From contig JAEUHP010000275.1 of the NCBI GenBank assembly GCA_016795295.1, positions 2,195 through 66,194 on the forward strand: 64,000 nt of DNA, written 5' to 3'. Under the pieces are notes generated by a model. It was not told the origin of the DNA. It made no database searches and saw only the letters and a program-made list of their open reading frames with translations. Below, piece by piece: positions 1 through 9,628 of the stretch. How positions within the stretch are numbered: the stretch's first letter is position 1; each line of letters begins with the position of its first letter. This DNA comes from Planctomycetota bacterium (lineage in GTDB: Bacteria; Planctomycetota; UBA1135; UBA2386). The translations under genes were made by a program, and so were the position numbers.

Positions 1-438
1 CGCGTGGCCTGCGACACGATGGACGCGGACGACGCGGTGCAAGAGACGTTCGTCGACCTGCTGCGCGGCATCCACTCGTTTCGCGGCGAGTCCCGGCTCA
101 CCACGTGGCTGTTTCGCATCGCGATCCGCGCCGCGACGCGCCTGCGCAACCGCAGTGCGAAGTGGCACCGCGAAGGGCTGGACGCGGCAGACCTGCCGGG
201 AGACGACGATCCCGTGGCCCACGCTGCCGATCGCGAGAACGCCGCCCGGCTGCTGGCCGCGATCGCGGCACTGCCGGCGGCGCAACGTGCGGTGGTGGGT
301 TTGGCGGCGATCGAGGGCATCGCCCACGCCGAGATCGCCGACGTGTTGGGCATCCCGGTGGGCACGGTGGGTTCGCGGCTGCACGAAGCGCGGGACCGCC
401 TACGCGCCTTGCTGGCGGTGCGGCGGGAACCGAGTTGA
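1..438 (+). CDS. ECF-type sigma-70 family RNA polymerase sigma factor, 5' end cut by the window edge
   Basis: ORF 4..438 is open to base 1. Region 2-like DADDAVQETFVDLLRG...TTWLFRIAIRA and region 4 HTH AHAEIADVLGIPVGTVGSRLHEARDRL. Confidence 0.85.
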   Translation, partial: RVACDTMDADDAVQETFVDLLRGIHSFRGESRLTTWLFRIAIRAATRLRNRSAKWHREGLDAADLPGDDDPVAHAADRENAARLLAAIAALPAAQRAVVGLAAIEGIAHAEIADVLGIPVGTVGSRLHEARDRLRALLAVRREPS

Positions 439-487
439 GTGCCGAGTGGGGACGGTCCGATCGCGGTGAGGAGAAGCGACGTCCGGG

Positions 488-2710
488 TCACCGCCGGAGC
501 GCCAGCTTGCCGAGCCGGCGACGGGCCGCCCGTTCGGGCGTATCCTCGACTGGCGGTGTTGTTTCCCGCAGGGGTTGGCACCCGTCTTGCGCCAAGCTCT
601 CGAGTACTCTGGGTGCCGCGCCGACGTCTTCGAGGGCCTGCACCAACGAGTTGGTGTCCCACGCATCGACCACTGAGCGAATGTCCAGATCCCCGGTCTC
701 CGTGAGGCCGGCGGACCGCCAGCGCGCGGGTGGGATCGTGTGGCGTTGCGCCACGACCGCCTCCAGGTCGTCGGGCTGCAGGCGTTCGATCGCGAACAGC
801 GCCGCGGTGGTCGCAAGAGTTTGATGGCCCCTGACGCCACGGGCGAGGCCTGCGCGCAGGGTCGCTTCGAGAGTGTTGCCCAGTGCGCGGTCCCCGACCA
901 GCTCCTTGGCGCATTTGCGGAGGCCGTGCAGGGCCCACAGCCCCGTGGCCGCATCTCGGTTGCCGACCAGCGTGGCCAACAGTTCGGCAGCGGATGCACC
1001 CATCGTGGCCAGCCAAGCAGCTGCGCGGTGGCGGAGAGTGTGCTCGAGCTGCGAGTCGAGGGCCAGTTCGAGAAGTGCCTGCCTGGTCTGCGGGTCGGAA
1101 CGACCAGGAAAGCCGCGTACTTCGAAGACCGCCCAAGAAGTCGTGAGCCCGGCGCGGATGGCGTGGGGGAGTTGGTCAGGCTGCAGACGAACCCATGCGC
1201 TCCACACCGCGGCGCTGGGTTCTGGGCTCGCGTGCAGGAGGCGTTCGACGGCCGGGGTGAGACCTGCCAACGGCTGGCAGTACTGGGCCACGAACCGAGC
1301 GGCATCGTCGGCCCGGTGGCCGGCAGTGGCGTCCAGTTCCTTCAGGAGCAGACGCTGCACAGCGGGTTCGGCGCAGAAGTTGTGGTCGCGTTGCCACAGG
1401 CGTAGCCGCGTGAGGCGCTGCGCCTGGGTCTGCGGGCGCAACACTGCCAGCGCCACGGCGAACAGTTCTTCGGCGAGTGGTTGCTGTCGGTAGGTGTCGA
1501 GAACTGCCTGGGTGAGCCAGGGCAAACAGTCGCCAGAGGCGCCGAGCAGGGCGGCGAGACAGGCATCGTCTTGCCGCGCCGCCTCGGCCAGACAGGCCCG
1601 GGAGGCGCGGGCGGGTCCTGCACTCGGACCGTTGGCGGTCGCCAGCAGGCGCGCAAACGTCGCCGGAGCGATCGGGGTGGCGATCGGTGCCCGTAAAGCA
1701 CCCACCACGATGCCGAAGTCCGCTTCTGGGCAGGTGGCGAGATGGGCCTGGAGGAGTGCCGCAGCGCGGCTCCGCGCCGTTCCGGCGAGATTCCAGGCAG
1801 CGAGCGCGGCGCCGCAGCGTTGGCGCTGGTCGGCGTCTTCGCTCTGCAGGCCCTCGGCCACGGCTTCGATTGCGGCGATCACTGCCGCGCCGTCGCGATG
1901 GGCGAGCAAGGTGCCGAGAGCCACTGGGGCGAGCTCCGGGTCGTGGCGGAAGATGATGGCCACTTCGCGCAGAGCCGGCGCGCCGTGTTCGGGGGCGAGA
2001 TCCTGAAGCGCGAGAAGCGCCGCGCGCCGCAACGGCAAGGCGGTGTCCGGCGCGAGCAGGCCGCGAAGGTCGGCACGGCCTTCGGCACCGAGCCGCGACA
2101 GGACGCGGGTACCAGCCTGGAGCAGCCGCTCCCGCCGCTCCCCCTGCTCCCCTGCAGCCTTGTCGTGCAGGTGGGTCGTGAGCATCTCGCGTGCCGGCGC
2201 CCCCAAGGCGGCGCACAGTTCACAGGCCAAGGCGAACTCCGCGGGTTCGGTTGCTCGAGTTGCTGTTTCGACGGCGAGTTCGAGGTTCTCCCGACTGGTT
2301 GGCAGTCCGGCATGCAGCAACACCAACAGGGCCAGGACCTGTGGCGTGCAGGGCATCACCAGATCGCCCGGCGTTCGCGGCACGAAGTCGGCGACGGCAG
2401 GGATGCGTTCGATCGCTTGCAGCACGGCGCCGTTGTGCAGGTCCATCTGCATGGTCCGCCTGGTAGGCAAGGCCGCCCAGGTGAAGGGACCGCTCTCGTC
2501 CGCCAATTCCCACAGGCCATCGAACTCGGCCGCCGTCAGATGGCTCGCTCTCGCGCATGCCTGCGCTGCCGCAGCATTGCGGCGTCGCCAATCGACGTCA
2601 CGCAGGCCGTCGAGCAACGGCGATTGCGCAGCGACCACGCCGACCCAGAGCAGCCATAGGGAGAGAGTTACGAACCCGCGCACTCCGCCACAGTACTCCG
2701 AACTCGCCAA
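488..2710 (-). CDS. Secreted Ala/Leu-rich alpha-helical repeat (HEAT/ARM-like) protein, function unknown
   Basis: 740-aa ORF with hydrophobic N-terminus (FVTLSLWLLWVGVVAAQ). Repetitive helical A/L/R-rich composition. No catalytic motif recognised. It is the only coherent ORF in this interval. Confidence 0.5.
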   Translation of the reverse strand: MASSEYCGGVRGFVTLSLWLLWVGVVAAQSPLLDGLRDVDWRRRNAAAAQACARASHLTAAEFDGLWELADESGPFTWAALPTRRTMQMDLHNGAVLQAIERIPAVADFVPRTPGDLVMPCTPQVLALLVLLHAGLPTSRENLELAVETATRATEPAEFALACELCAALGAPAREMLTTHLHDKAAGEQGERRERLLQAGTRVLSRLGAEGRADLRGLLAPDTALPLRRAALLALQDLAPEHGAPALREVAIIFRHDPELAPVALGTLLAHRDGAAVIAAIEAVAEGLQSEDADQRQRCGAALAAWNLAGTARSRAAALLQAHLATCPEADFGIVVGALRAPIATPIAPATFARLLATANGPSAGPARASRACLAEAARQDDACLAALLGASGDCLPWLTQAVLDTYRQQPLAEELFAVALAVLRPQTQAQRLTRLRLWQRDHNFCAEPAVQRLLLKELDATAGHRADDAARFVAQYCQPLAGLTPAVERLLHASPEPSAAVWSAWVRLQPDQLPHAIRAGLTTSWAVFEVRGFPGRSDPQTRQALLELALDSQLEHTLRHRAAAWLATMGASAAELLATLVGNRDAATGLWALHGLRKCAKELVGDRALGNTLEATLRAGLARGVRGHQTLATTAALFAIERLQPDDLEAVVAQRHTIPPARWRSAGLTETGDLDIRSVVDAWDTNSLVQALEDVGAAPRVLESLAQDGCQPLRETTPPVEDTPERAARRRLGKLALRR

Positions 2711-2749
2711 CGGTTACCCGAAATCCACCCTACCACGCAAAGCAGCAGC

Positions 2750-3934
2750 TCAATCGAACCGCCACGGCTGGTTGTGCATCGGCAACGAACGCAGGTCGGC
2801 CCCGCGCAGCAGGGCGAATCGCTGCCGCAGTTCGTCCAGCGAGTCGCCACCGAGCTTCTCCAGCAACGCGTCGGCGAGTTCGAGCGCCAGCACCGCTTCG
2901 GCGATCGGCACGGCGCGCGGCACCTGGCAGATGTCGCTGCGTTCGTAGCGCGCGGCGGCGGCCTGTCCGGTGGCGAGATCGACCGAATCCTGCGGAGTCA
3001 GGGTCGACGCGATCGGCTTCAAGGCCGCGCGCAGCACCAGGGGCGCGCCATTGCTGATGCCCCCTTCGAGGCCACCGGCGCGGTTGGTGCGGTGGCGCAG
3101 GACGCCGTCGTGCACTTCGAGCGCGTCCTGAGCCGCGGTGCCGAAACGCGTGGTGACGGCGAAGCCGACGCCGAACTCGACGCCCTTGACCGCTGGAATG
3201 CTGCAGAGGGCGGCGGCGCAGCGGGTGTCGAGCCGGCGATCCCAATGCACATGGCTGCCGAGGCCCGGAGGCAGGCCCCAGGCGGCGACTTCGATCACCC
3301 CACCGAGCGTGTCGCGCGCGGCGATGGCGCCCTGCACCGCGGCGCGTAGCGGCTCGACCGCCTCGGGCACGGGACAACGCACATCGTTCTGCTCGGCGCT
3401 GGCGCAGCGGGCCGCGTAGACGGCGCCATCGGGGCTCGGCTCGCCGAGTGCCGCCGCGGCGGTGCCCAGGCTCACCACATAGCCACCGAGGTGGATGCCG
3501 AACTCTGTGAGCAGTTGTTTGGCCACGGCGCCGAGCGCCACGCGCATCGCCGTCTCGCGGGCGGAAGCGCGTTCGAGGCCGAAGCGCAGGTCGGGATAGC
3601 CGTACTTGACGGCGGCAGTCAGGTCGGCGTGGCCGGGCCGCGGCACGGTCATCGGCGGGATGTCGCGGTCGCGCCAGTGGGCGTGGTCGAGGTTCGCGAG
3701 GGTGAGGGCCATGGGTGCGCCCGTGGTGCGACCGGCGAGCACGCCTGCGGTGATCTGCACCTGGTCGCGTTCGATGCGCATGCGGCCGCCGGCACCGAAG
3801 CCGCGTTGGCGCCGCGCCAGCTCGCGGTCGATGGCCGCGGCGGAGACGGGCAGGCCGGCCGGCAGGCCTTCGAGGATCCCGGTGAGTCCGGGGCCGTGCG
3901 ATTCGCCGGCGGTCAGGAAACGCAGTCGCGCCAT
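2750..3934 (-). CDS. aroC: Chorismate synthase
   Basis: 394 aa. N-terminus MARLRFLTAGESHGPGLTGILEGLPAG and RQRGFGAGGRMRIE are classic AroC signatures. Full-length. Confidence 0.95.
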   Translation of the reverse strand: MARLRFLTAGESHGPGLTGILEGLPAGLPVSAAAIDRELARRQRGFGAGGRMRIERDQVQITAGVLAGRTTGAPMALTLANLDHAHWRDRDIPPMTVPRPGHADLTAAVKYGYPDLRFGLERASARETAMRVALGAVAKQLLTEFGIHLGGYVVSLGTAAAALGEPSPDGAVYAARCASAEQNDVRCPVPEAVEPLRAAVQGAIAARDTLGGVIEVAAWGLPPGLGSHVHWDRRLDTRCAAALCSIPAVKGVEFGVGFAVTTRFGTAAQDALEVHDGVLRHRTNRAGGLEGGISNGAPLVLRAALKPIASTLTPQDSVDLATGQAAAARYERSDICQVPRAVPIAEAVLALELADALLEKLGGDSLDELRQRFALLRGADLRSLPMHNQPWRFD

Positions 3935-4073
3935 CCGGCCGAGTCTAGCGGCGGGATGGCGCGTTCGTGCCGCTGGGGCGGGACAGCTGCCGCAGAGACG
4001 CTGCAGCGGGCTGGATGGATCGTCTCGCCCGAAGCGGTTGCCCGCGTTGCAGCGGCTCCCGTGAGCTCGAGAG

Positions 4074-4103
4074 GTGTGCCGCCCGCAACCGCGGGCGGGA
4101 CAC
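4074..4103 (-). terminator. GC-rich hairpin just downstream of the stop of the 4105..5517 gene (terminator-like, no U-tract)
   Basis: ccgcccgc-aacc-gcgggcgg is a perfect 8-bp stem (4079-4098). It extends to about 12 bp with one mismatch (4074-4103). There is no T/U run, so intrinsic-terminator status is doubtful. Confidence 0.3.
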
Positions 4104-4104
4104 C

Positions 4105-5517
4105 TCAGAACACTTCGATCATGGTCGGCGTGCTGGCTTCGATGGTGCCGGCGCTGGTGATCGTCACCCCCTGGAACACCAGGTCACAGGCGAACGGGAT
4201 CACCGGGCTGGTGTAGGTGGCGAAGCCGCCGGGGACCGTGTTCATGAAGTTCGGCGCCAGGTAGTAGTCCGGGTGGCCGAGCAGACCCCAGACGAACGGG
4301 CTGGAGGGCGCGACCACGCCGGGGCCCATCGGCGCGAAGGTCAGGAACACCCAGCCCATGAAGCCGGGCGTGTTGAAGTCGATCTGCGCCGCGGTGCCGA
4401 TCGGAATCTGGTGCACCACCGATTCGGCCGTGTAGGTGAACAAGCGGGTGCTGGCCAAGGCGTTCACGTAGCTGGGAATGCCCGTCGAGGCGCTGGGCGG
4501 CAGGAGGCCGAGCTGGTTGCCGAGGGTCGGGCCCGAGCCGCACGAAGTGCCCAATGCAGCGCAGGTCGAAGTGTGGATCTGGCCGCCGGCGGCGGTGGTC
4601 AGGATCGCGCCGCCGGTCAGCGATTCGGTGCTGAACAGCAGCGTCGGCACGAACAGTGGCACGCCGAGGCAGGTGGGCACCACGGTGCCAGCGGTGCTGG
4701 TGAAGTCGATGTCGAGCGACTCGGTGTCGATCGCAGTCGAGACGCAGACGCCGAACCGGTTGGTGACCAGTGCATTGGCCACGAACGCATCCATCTGCGC
4801 TTCGGTGTAGACGACCACGGCGCTGTTCGGCAGCACGCCGCCGATCGTACCGGCCGCACTCAAGGTGTAGGCCGCCGGCGGGATGCAGAACACGTCCCCG
4901 TCGCGCAGCAGGGTCGGGCCGCCGCACGGCGAACAGACGATGTCGGTGTCGAGCGACAGATAGAGGCCGTGGTTGGGACCGAACGCGGCGGCGTCGACGT
5001 CGATCGGAGTGGTGAGCGGCAGACCGAGCGCCTGGTTGATGGACTCCATGCGGATGAAGTACTGCACCCGGCCGTCGCCGGCGGTGTTGCGCACGATCCG
5101 ACCGATGTCACCGGGGCGCAGGCCGGCTCCGCCGCTGATCGTGGTGCCGAGCGGGACGCTGGGCGAGTACCAGATGGTGCGGGCGTTGGGAACGGTCGAA
5201 CCGGCGGCACCAAAGCTGGAGAGCAGCGCGTCGATCGAGCCCATCAGGTTGGGCTCCCAGTAGTTGTTGTCGTTGTCCTCGTCGCCGGCCATGGTCATCA
5301 GGGCCGAACGTGGCACCCACTTCTCGGCGAGGCGCGGGCACGGGAACCCGGGCAGGCCGACGATGTCGTTGGGGTGCAGATCGCGCAGCACCGTGCCGCC
5401 GCTGCCGCTCAGCGTGCGTTCGTTCTGCGAAGTGGTGAACAAGAAGTCGAAGCCCTGGGCCGGCAGATGGCTGGCGGCGAACAGGACGGCAACGGACAGC
5501 AGTTTCGAGGTATTCAT
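4105..5517 (-). CDS. Secreted protein of unknown function
   Basis: I moved the start to the internal ATG at 5517, giving MNTSKLLSVAVLFAASHLPAQG (signal-peptide-like). G/T/S/P-rich beta-type composition. The C-terminal region resembles those of the 40849 and 42214 proteins. Confidence 0.6.
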   Translation of the reverse strand: MNTSKLLSVAVLFAASHLPAQGFDFLFTTSQNERTLSGSGGTVLRDLHPNDIVGLPGFPCPRLAEKWVPRSALMTMAGDEDNDNNYWEPNLMGSIDALLSSFGAAGSTVPNARTIWYSPSVPLGTTISGGAGLRPGDIGRIVRNTAGDGRVQYFIRMESINQALGLPLTTPIDVDAAAFGPNHGLYLSLDTDIVCSPCGGPTLLRDGDVFCIPPAAYTLSAAGTIGGVLPNSAVVVYTEAQMDAFVANALVTNRFGVCVSTAIDTESLDIDFTSTAGTVVPTCLGVPLFVPTLLFSTESLTGGAILTTAAGGQIHTSTCAALGTSCGSGPTLGNQLGLLPPSASTGIPSYVNALASTRLFTYTAESVVHQIPIGTAAQIDFNTPGFMGWVFLTFAPMGPGVVAPSSPFVWGLLGHPDYYLAPNFMNTVPGGFATYTSPVIPFACDLVFQGVTITSAGTIEASTPTMIEVF

Positions 5518-5663
5518 GGGCGTTGGTTGGGTGGGTGTTCGCCCGGCAAGAGCCGTTGCGGCCCAAGCGCACGCAACGAACCCCGGATTTTCGGCGCTCC
5601 CCGCGCCGCAGCGGTCCGTACCGCGGCATTGGTCGTGCGCCGACCCCCCGATACCATCGCCGG

Positions 5664-5993
5664 ATGGCATTCCTGCGCTGGCTGGTGGTCGTGCTGGGCG
5701 GTGCCCTCCTGGGCGTGGGCTTGGCGCTGCACGGCCAGGTGGCTCTGGCGCGCCACATGCAAGGCCGGGTCGACCAGACGTTCGTGGTGTGGCGCTGGCT
5801 CGGCAAAGCGACCTTCGCCTTCCAGGGTGGCGAAACGCGCATGGCGTTGGCCATGAAGGAAGTTCCCGAAGAAGCGCTGGTGGCCTCCGACCGGGCCGCC
5901 TGGGTGCTGGTGGGCGTGGGCGGCATGGTGGCGCTCACCGGGCCGTTGCTGCGGCGCGCGGCGCGCCCGACAGGCCGGCGCACGGGCCAATAG
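5664..5993 (+). CDS. Small predicted membrane protein
   Basis: Internal ATG of ORF 5523..5993 gives MAFLRWLVVVLGGALLGVGLAL (TM helix) and a second hydrophobic stretch AAWVLVGVGGMVALTG. No homology recognised. Confidence 0.4.
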   Translation: MAFLRWLVVVLGGALLGVGLALHGQVALARHMQGRVDQTFVVWRWLGKATFAFQGGETRMALAMKEVPEEALVASDRAAWVLVGVGGMVALTGPLLRRAARPTGRRTGQ

Positions 5994-6043
5994 CGGCCGC
6001 CACGGCCTTTACTCCGGCCGAGCCGGCGGGCACGTTCGGGGGC

Positions 6044-6829
6044 GTGACCAGCTACCAGACCCTGGAAGTCGCGCGCTCGGGCGCAGTCCTGCAGATCCGG
6101 CTGAACCGCCCCGAAGTGCGCAACGCCTTCAACGGCGTGCTCGTCGAAGAGCTGCAGACCGCCTTCGGTGCGGCCGACGCCGCGGACGACGTGCGTGTGG
6201 TGTTGCTGTCGGGCAACGGCAAGTCGTTCTCGGCTGGTGCCGACCTGTCCTGGATGCAGGAGCAGGCCCAGCTCGCCGAAGCGGAGAACCAGCGCTCGGC
6301 GGAACGCATGGCGCGCATGTTCCTGGCGATCGCGCGCTGCCGGAAGCCGGTGGTGGCGAGCATCCACGGCCATGCCCTGGGCGGCGGCACCGGTCTGACC
6401 GCGGCGGTCGACCTCGCCTTCTGCACCGAGGACTGCCTGTTCGGCCTCACCGAAGTGAAGCTCGGCATCGTGCCCGCGGTGATCTCGCCGTTCGTGATGC
6501 AGAAGATCGGCGCCGGCCGCGCCCGCACCCTGTTCCTGACCGGCGAGCGCTTCGACGGACGCGAAGCCGAACGCATCGGCCTGGTGCAGCGCGCCGTGGC
6601 CGCCGAGGATCTGGACGGGGTGGTGCAGGCCGCCGTGCACGAACTGCTCGGTGCCGGGCCGTGCGCCGTGGCCAGCGCCAAGTCGCTGATCGCCGCGGTC
6701 GACGGACTGAGCCTCGAAGCCGCGATCCCGGTGACTTCGCAGTGGATCGCCAAGCTGCGCAGCACGCCGGAGGCCCGGGAAGGGTTCGCCGCGTTCCTGG
6801 GCAAGCGCAAGCCGGGGTGGCTGCTGTGA
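6044..6829 (+). CDS. Enoyl-CoA hydratase/isomerase (crotonase) family protein
   Basis: C-terminal 261 codons of ORF 5264..6829 from the GTG at 6044: LQIRLNRPEVRNAFN, LLSGNGKSFSAGADL, IHGHALGGGTGL, GLTEVKLGIVP. These are crotonase-fold signatures. Confidence 0.85.
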   Translation: MTSYQTLEVARSGAVLQIRLNRPEVRNAFNGVLVEELQTAFGAADAADDVRVVLLSGNGKSFSAGADLSWMQEQAQLAEAENQRSAERMARMFLAIARCRKPVVASIHGHALGGGTGLTAAVDLAFCTEDCLFGLTEVKLGIVPAVISPFVMQKIGAGRARTLFLTGERFDGREAERIGLVQRAVAAEDLDGVVQAAVHELLGAGPCAVASAKSLIAAVDGLSLEAAIPVTSQWIAKLRSTPEAREGFAAFLGKRKPGWLL

Positions 6830-8241
6830 CCGAGCAGCGCTGGATCTGGGCACTGGTCGGGGCCGCTTGGCTGGGCGCTGCCTGCCAGAGCGAACGAACG
6901 GCGGCAGCTGCGGCGCCGCCCCAGGCACTGGCGAGCGCGGCCGAACCGGAGCTGGCGGCGCGCTGCACGGCTCTGGCGGAACGCGCCCTGGTCGACAACC
7001 AAGCCATCGTCTTGCTGCGTGGCCTGCTCGACGCGGCCCCCAAGCGCCTGTCCGGTTCGCCCGGCTACGAAGCCGCCGTGCGTTGGGGCCTCGACACGAT
7101 GCGTGCCATCGGGCTCGCGAACGTTCGCACCGAACCGGTGCTGGTGCCGCACTGGGAGCGCGGTGTGGAGCAGGCTGCAGTGGTCGGTCCGGGCGGCATG
7201 CCGCTGCGCGTGACCGCGCTGGGTGGCAGCATCGCCACTCCCGAAGGTGGCCTCGAGGCCGAGCTCATCGAAGTGCGTTCGTTCGAAGAACTGGCCAGCC
7301 TCGGCGCACGTGCGCAGGGCAAGATCGTGTTCTTCAATCGGCCGATGCCACGCCATCTGCGGCGCACCGGCCAAGCCTATGGCGAAGCCGTGCCACAGCG
7401 CAGCAATGGCGCCATCGAAGCCGGCAAGGTCGGTGCCGTGGCCGCGCTGGTGCGCTCGATGACCACGGCGATCGATGGCTTCCCGCACACGGGCGCCATG
7501 CACTACGACCCGTCGATCCCCTCGGTGCCGGCCGCAGCGGTGGCGACCGCCGACGCCGAGGCGCTGGCGGCCCGACTGCGGCAGGGGCCGGTGCGGGTGC
7601 GCCTCGAACTCGGCTGTCGGACCCTGCCGGACGTGATGTCGGCGAACGTGCTCGGCGAGCTGCGCGGCAGTGAGCACCCGGAGCAGATCGTGGTGATCGG
7701 CGGCCACCTGGACGCCTGGGATCTGGGCCGCGGCGCCCACGACGACGGCGCTGGGATCGCCCACGTGCTCGAAGCGGCGCGGCTGCTGCGCGCCTGTGGC
7801 ATCGCGCCGAAGCGCACCATCCGGGTCGTCCTGTTCGCCAACGAGGAGAACGGCCTGCGCGGTGGCGAGGCCTATGCCAAGGACCACGCCGAGGAGCTGC
7901 GCCACCACGTGGCGGCACTGGAGACCGACGGTGGCGGCTTCACGCCGCTGGGCTTCTCGTGTTCCCTGCGCGACGAAGCCGCCGCCGCGATCCGCCGCCG
8001 TTTCGCGCCGTTGCAGGACCTCGGCGCGGGGCTGTTCGCCACCGGCTCGGGCGCTGGCGGCGCGGACATCGGGCCGCTGCACCGCGCGGGCGTGCCTTGT
8101 TTCGGTCTGTGGGTCGACGGCCAGAAGTACTTCGACTACCACCACACCGCGCAGGACGACCTCCCGGCGGTGCACGAACGCGAACTGGCCCTCGGTGCCG
8201 CGGTGGTCGCCTACGCGGCGAGCGTGCTCGCCGACCAGTGA
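6826..8241 (+). CDS. M28 family metallopeptidase (aminopeptidase-like), lipoprotein-type signal
   Basis: The GTG at 6826 overlaps the upstream stop (GTGA). WALVGAAWLGAAC looks like a lipobox. Zn-ligand motifs IGGHLDAWDLGRGAHDDGAG and FANEENGLRG. Confidence 0.85.
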   Translation: MTEQRWIWALVGAAWLGAACQSERTAAAAAPPQALASAAEPELAARCTALAERALVDNQAIVLLRGLLDAAPKRLSGSPGYEAAVRWGLDTMRAIGLANVRTEPVLVPHWERGVEQAAVVGPGGMPLRVTALGGSIATPEGGLEAELIEVRSFEELASLGARAQGKIVFFNRPMPRHLRRTGQAYGEAVPQRSNGAIEAGKVGAVAALVRSMTTAIDGFPHTGAMHYDPSIPSVPAAAVATADAEALAARLRQGPVRVRLELGCRTLPDVMSANVLGELRGSEHPEQIVVIGGHLDAWDLGRGAHDDGAGIAHVLEAARLLRACGIAPKRTIRVVLFANEENGLRGGEAYAKDHAEELRHHVAALETDGGGFTPLGFSCSLRDEAAAAIRRRFAPLQDLGAGLFATGSGAGGADIGPLHRAGVPCFGLWVDGQKYFDYHHTAQDDLPAVHERELALGAAVVAYAASVLADQ

Positions 8242-8284
8242 CCGTTCGGGCGGCAAGCGCCAGAGTCGCGCGGAGCCGCGCCGC

Positions 8285-9628
8285 TCAGTGTTTGACCCGC
8301 AAGCGTGCCAGGGCCTCGACCAGCACCGGATCCCCGGCAACGAACTGCTCGGGAGTGGTGGCGACCGGCAGGTGCGGTGCGATGCCTTCGCCTTCGAAGC
8401 AAGTGTGGTCGGCGCGCAGCGCCTGCCAGCTGGGCAACAGCACGGTGAGACCTTGGTTCAGGGCGTGGGCACGGGGGTTGCCGGAGCTGCCGAACGAACG
8501 GGCACCGACCAATACCGCATTGGGCGCCTGCTGCATCATCAGCAAGAACGCTTCCGCACTGCTCATGTTGTGCGGCCCCATCAGCACCGCCACCGGCCCG
8601 TCGAACACTTCCGGCTCGGCGTTGGCGCGCACCGTGCGCTCCTGGACGTCGCGAAAGCCGCGCTCGGCCGCCGGATCGCGCAGACGGTGGGCGGCGTAGA
8701 CCCGCTCCCCGCGCACGAAGAAGCCGGCAAGACGGGCCGCCAGGGCCTCGTCACCACCACCATTGGTGCGCAGGTCGAGCACCAGGGCTTTGCAGTCCTT
8801 GGCCTTGGTGAGGCAAGCCAACCACAGGTCGAACTCGTCGCGCAGTTCGCGGGCGAACGAGGGCACCAGCAAGTAGCCGACGCCGTCGTCGGTGCGCCCC
8901 CACAGCCCGAGCCGTCCGACCCGCCGCAGCGCCGGCATCTGCTTCTGCAGGCCGCGCATGTCGAAGTTGCCGGCGACCGCGCGCTGGTACGTGGGCAGCA
9001 GGCTGTCGCCCCAACGCACGGTGATGTGCGGGTCCTGTGCCGCCCCGAGCAGAGTGGCGACGCGCAGGGCCAGCGCCGCGGCGGACGGCGCATTGGCCAG
9101 TTCGGCGGCCTGTTCGCGCTCGAGCTCGGCCCAGTCGACGCCGAGCCGATCTCGATACGAGTAGTGGTCGCGCAGAGCCGCGAACAGGCGATTGCCAGTG
9201 GCTTCCCCGACCCCATCGGCCAATGCCGTGCCGCGCGTCGCGAAGCGCCAGGGCGTGGTCGGCAGGGCGACTCCCCGCGCGGTGCGAAAGCCCGAACTGT
9301 TCGGGCAGGCGAGGTCCATCAGGTACACACGCTCCGGCTGCAGTTCGACTTCGAGCACGAACGTCTTCGCATCGCGCCACCGGGTCGCCAGCACCTTCGG
9401 AAACGTGCTGCCACCGCCGCACACGGCGTGCACGCTGGTGTCCATGTCCTGATCGAAGGTCACCTCCAGAGCTGCGGTCTGGGTCGCATCGACGTCGACG
9501 GCGAGATGCGGTGGTTTGGTGGTCGCCGTGGGCTGCTGCGCATGCAGGCCGCCGAGACCGGCGAGCAGGGCGAACAGCCGCTGCGCCACCGGCGCTGCGC
9601 CGAGGGGCTTCGAGGACGAGGTGCTCAT
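8285..9628 (-). CDS. S41 family C-terminal processing peptidase-like protein with N-terminal Ig-like domain
   Basis: The ATG at 9628 overlaps the upstream stop (ATGA). VLDLRTNGGGD and GPHNMSSAEAFLLM are S41 motifs. N-terminus has a signal-like LFALLAGLGGLHAQ. Confidence 0.8.
   Translation of the reverse strand: MSTSSSKPLGAAPVAQRLFALLAGLGGLHAQQPTATTKPPHLAVDVDATQTAALEVTFDQDMDTSVHAVCGGGSTFPKVLATRWRDAKTFVLEVELQPERVYLMDLACPNSSGFRTARGVALPTTPWRFATRGTALADGVGEATGNRLFAALRDHYSYRDRLGVDWAELEREQAAELANAPSAAALALRVATLLGAAQDPHITVRWGDSLLPTYQRAVAGNFDMRGLQKQMPALRRVGRLGLWGRTDDGVGYLLVPSFARELRDEFDLWLACLTKAKDCKALVLDLRTNGGGDEALAARLAGFFVRGERVYAAHRLRDPAAERGFRDVQERTVRANAEPEVFDGPVAVLMGPHNMSSAEAFLLMMQQAPNAVLVGARSFGSSGNPRAHALNQGLTVLLPSWQALRADHTCFEGEGIAPHLPVATTPEQFVAGDPVLVEALARLRVKH

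Noticed and set aside
439-705. Possible anti-sigma factor ORF immediately downstream of the ECF sigma gene
   Set aside because: The 88-aa ORF has no TM helix or zinc-finger (HxxxCxxC) anti-sigma motif. It lies almost entirely antisense to the 3' end of the 488..2710 gene.
6052-8340. 762-aa minus-strand ORF. The same applies to 48998..51259 (753 aa) and 54694..56937 (747 aa).
   Set aside because: All three are antisense to genes with strong family motifs (crotonase/M28; GT-C membrane protein/GNAT; TPR-C39). All have shadow-ORF composition.
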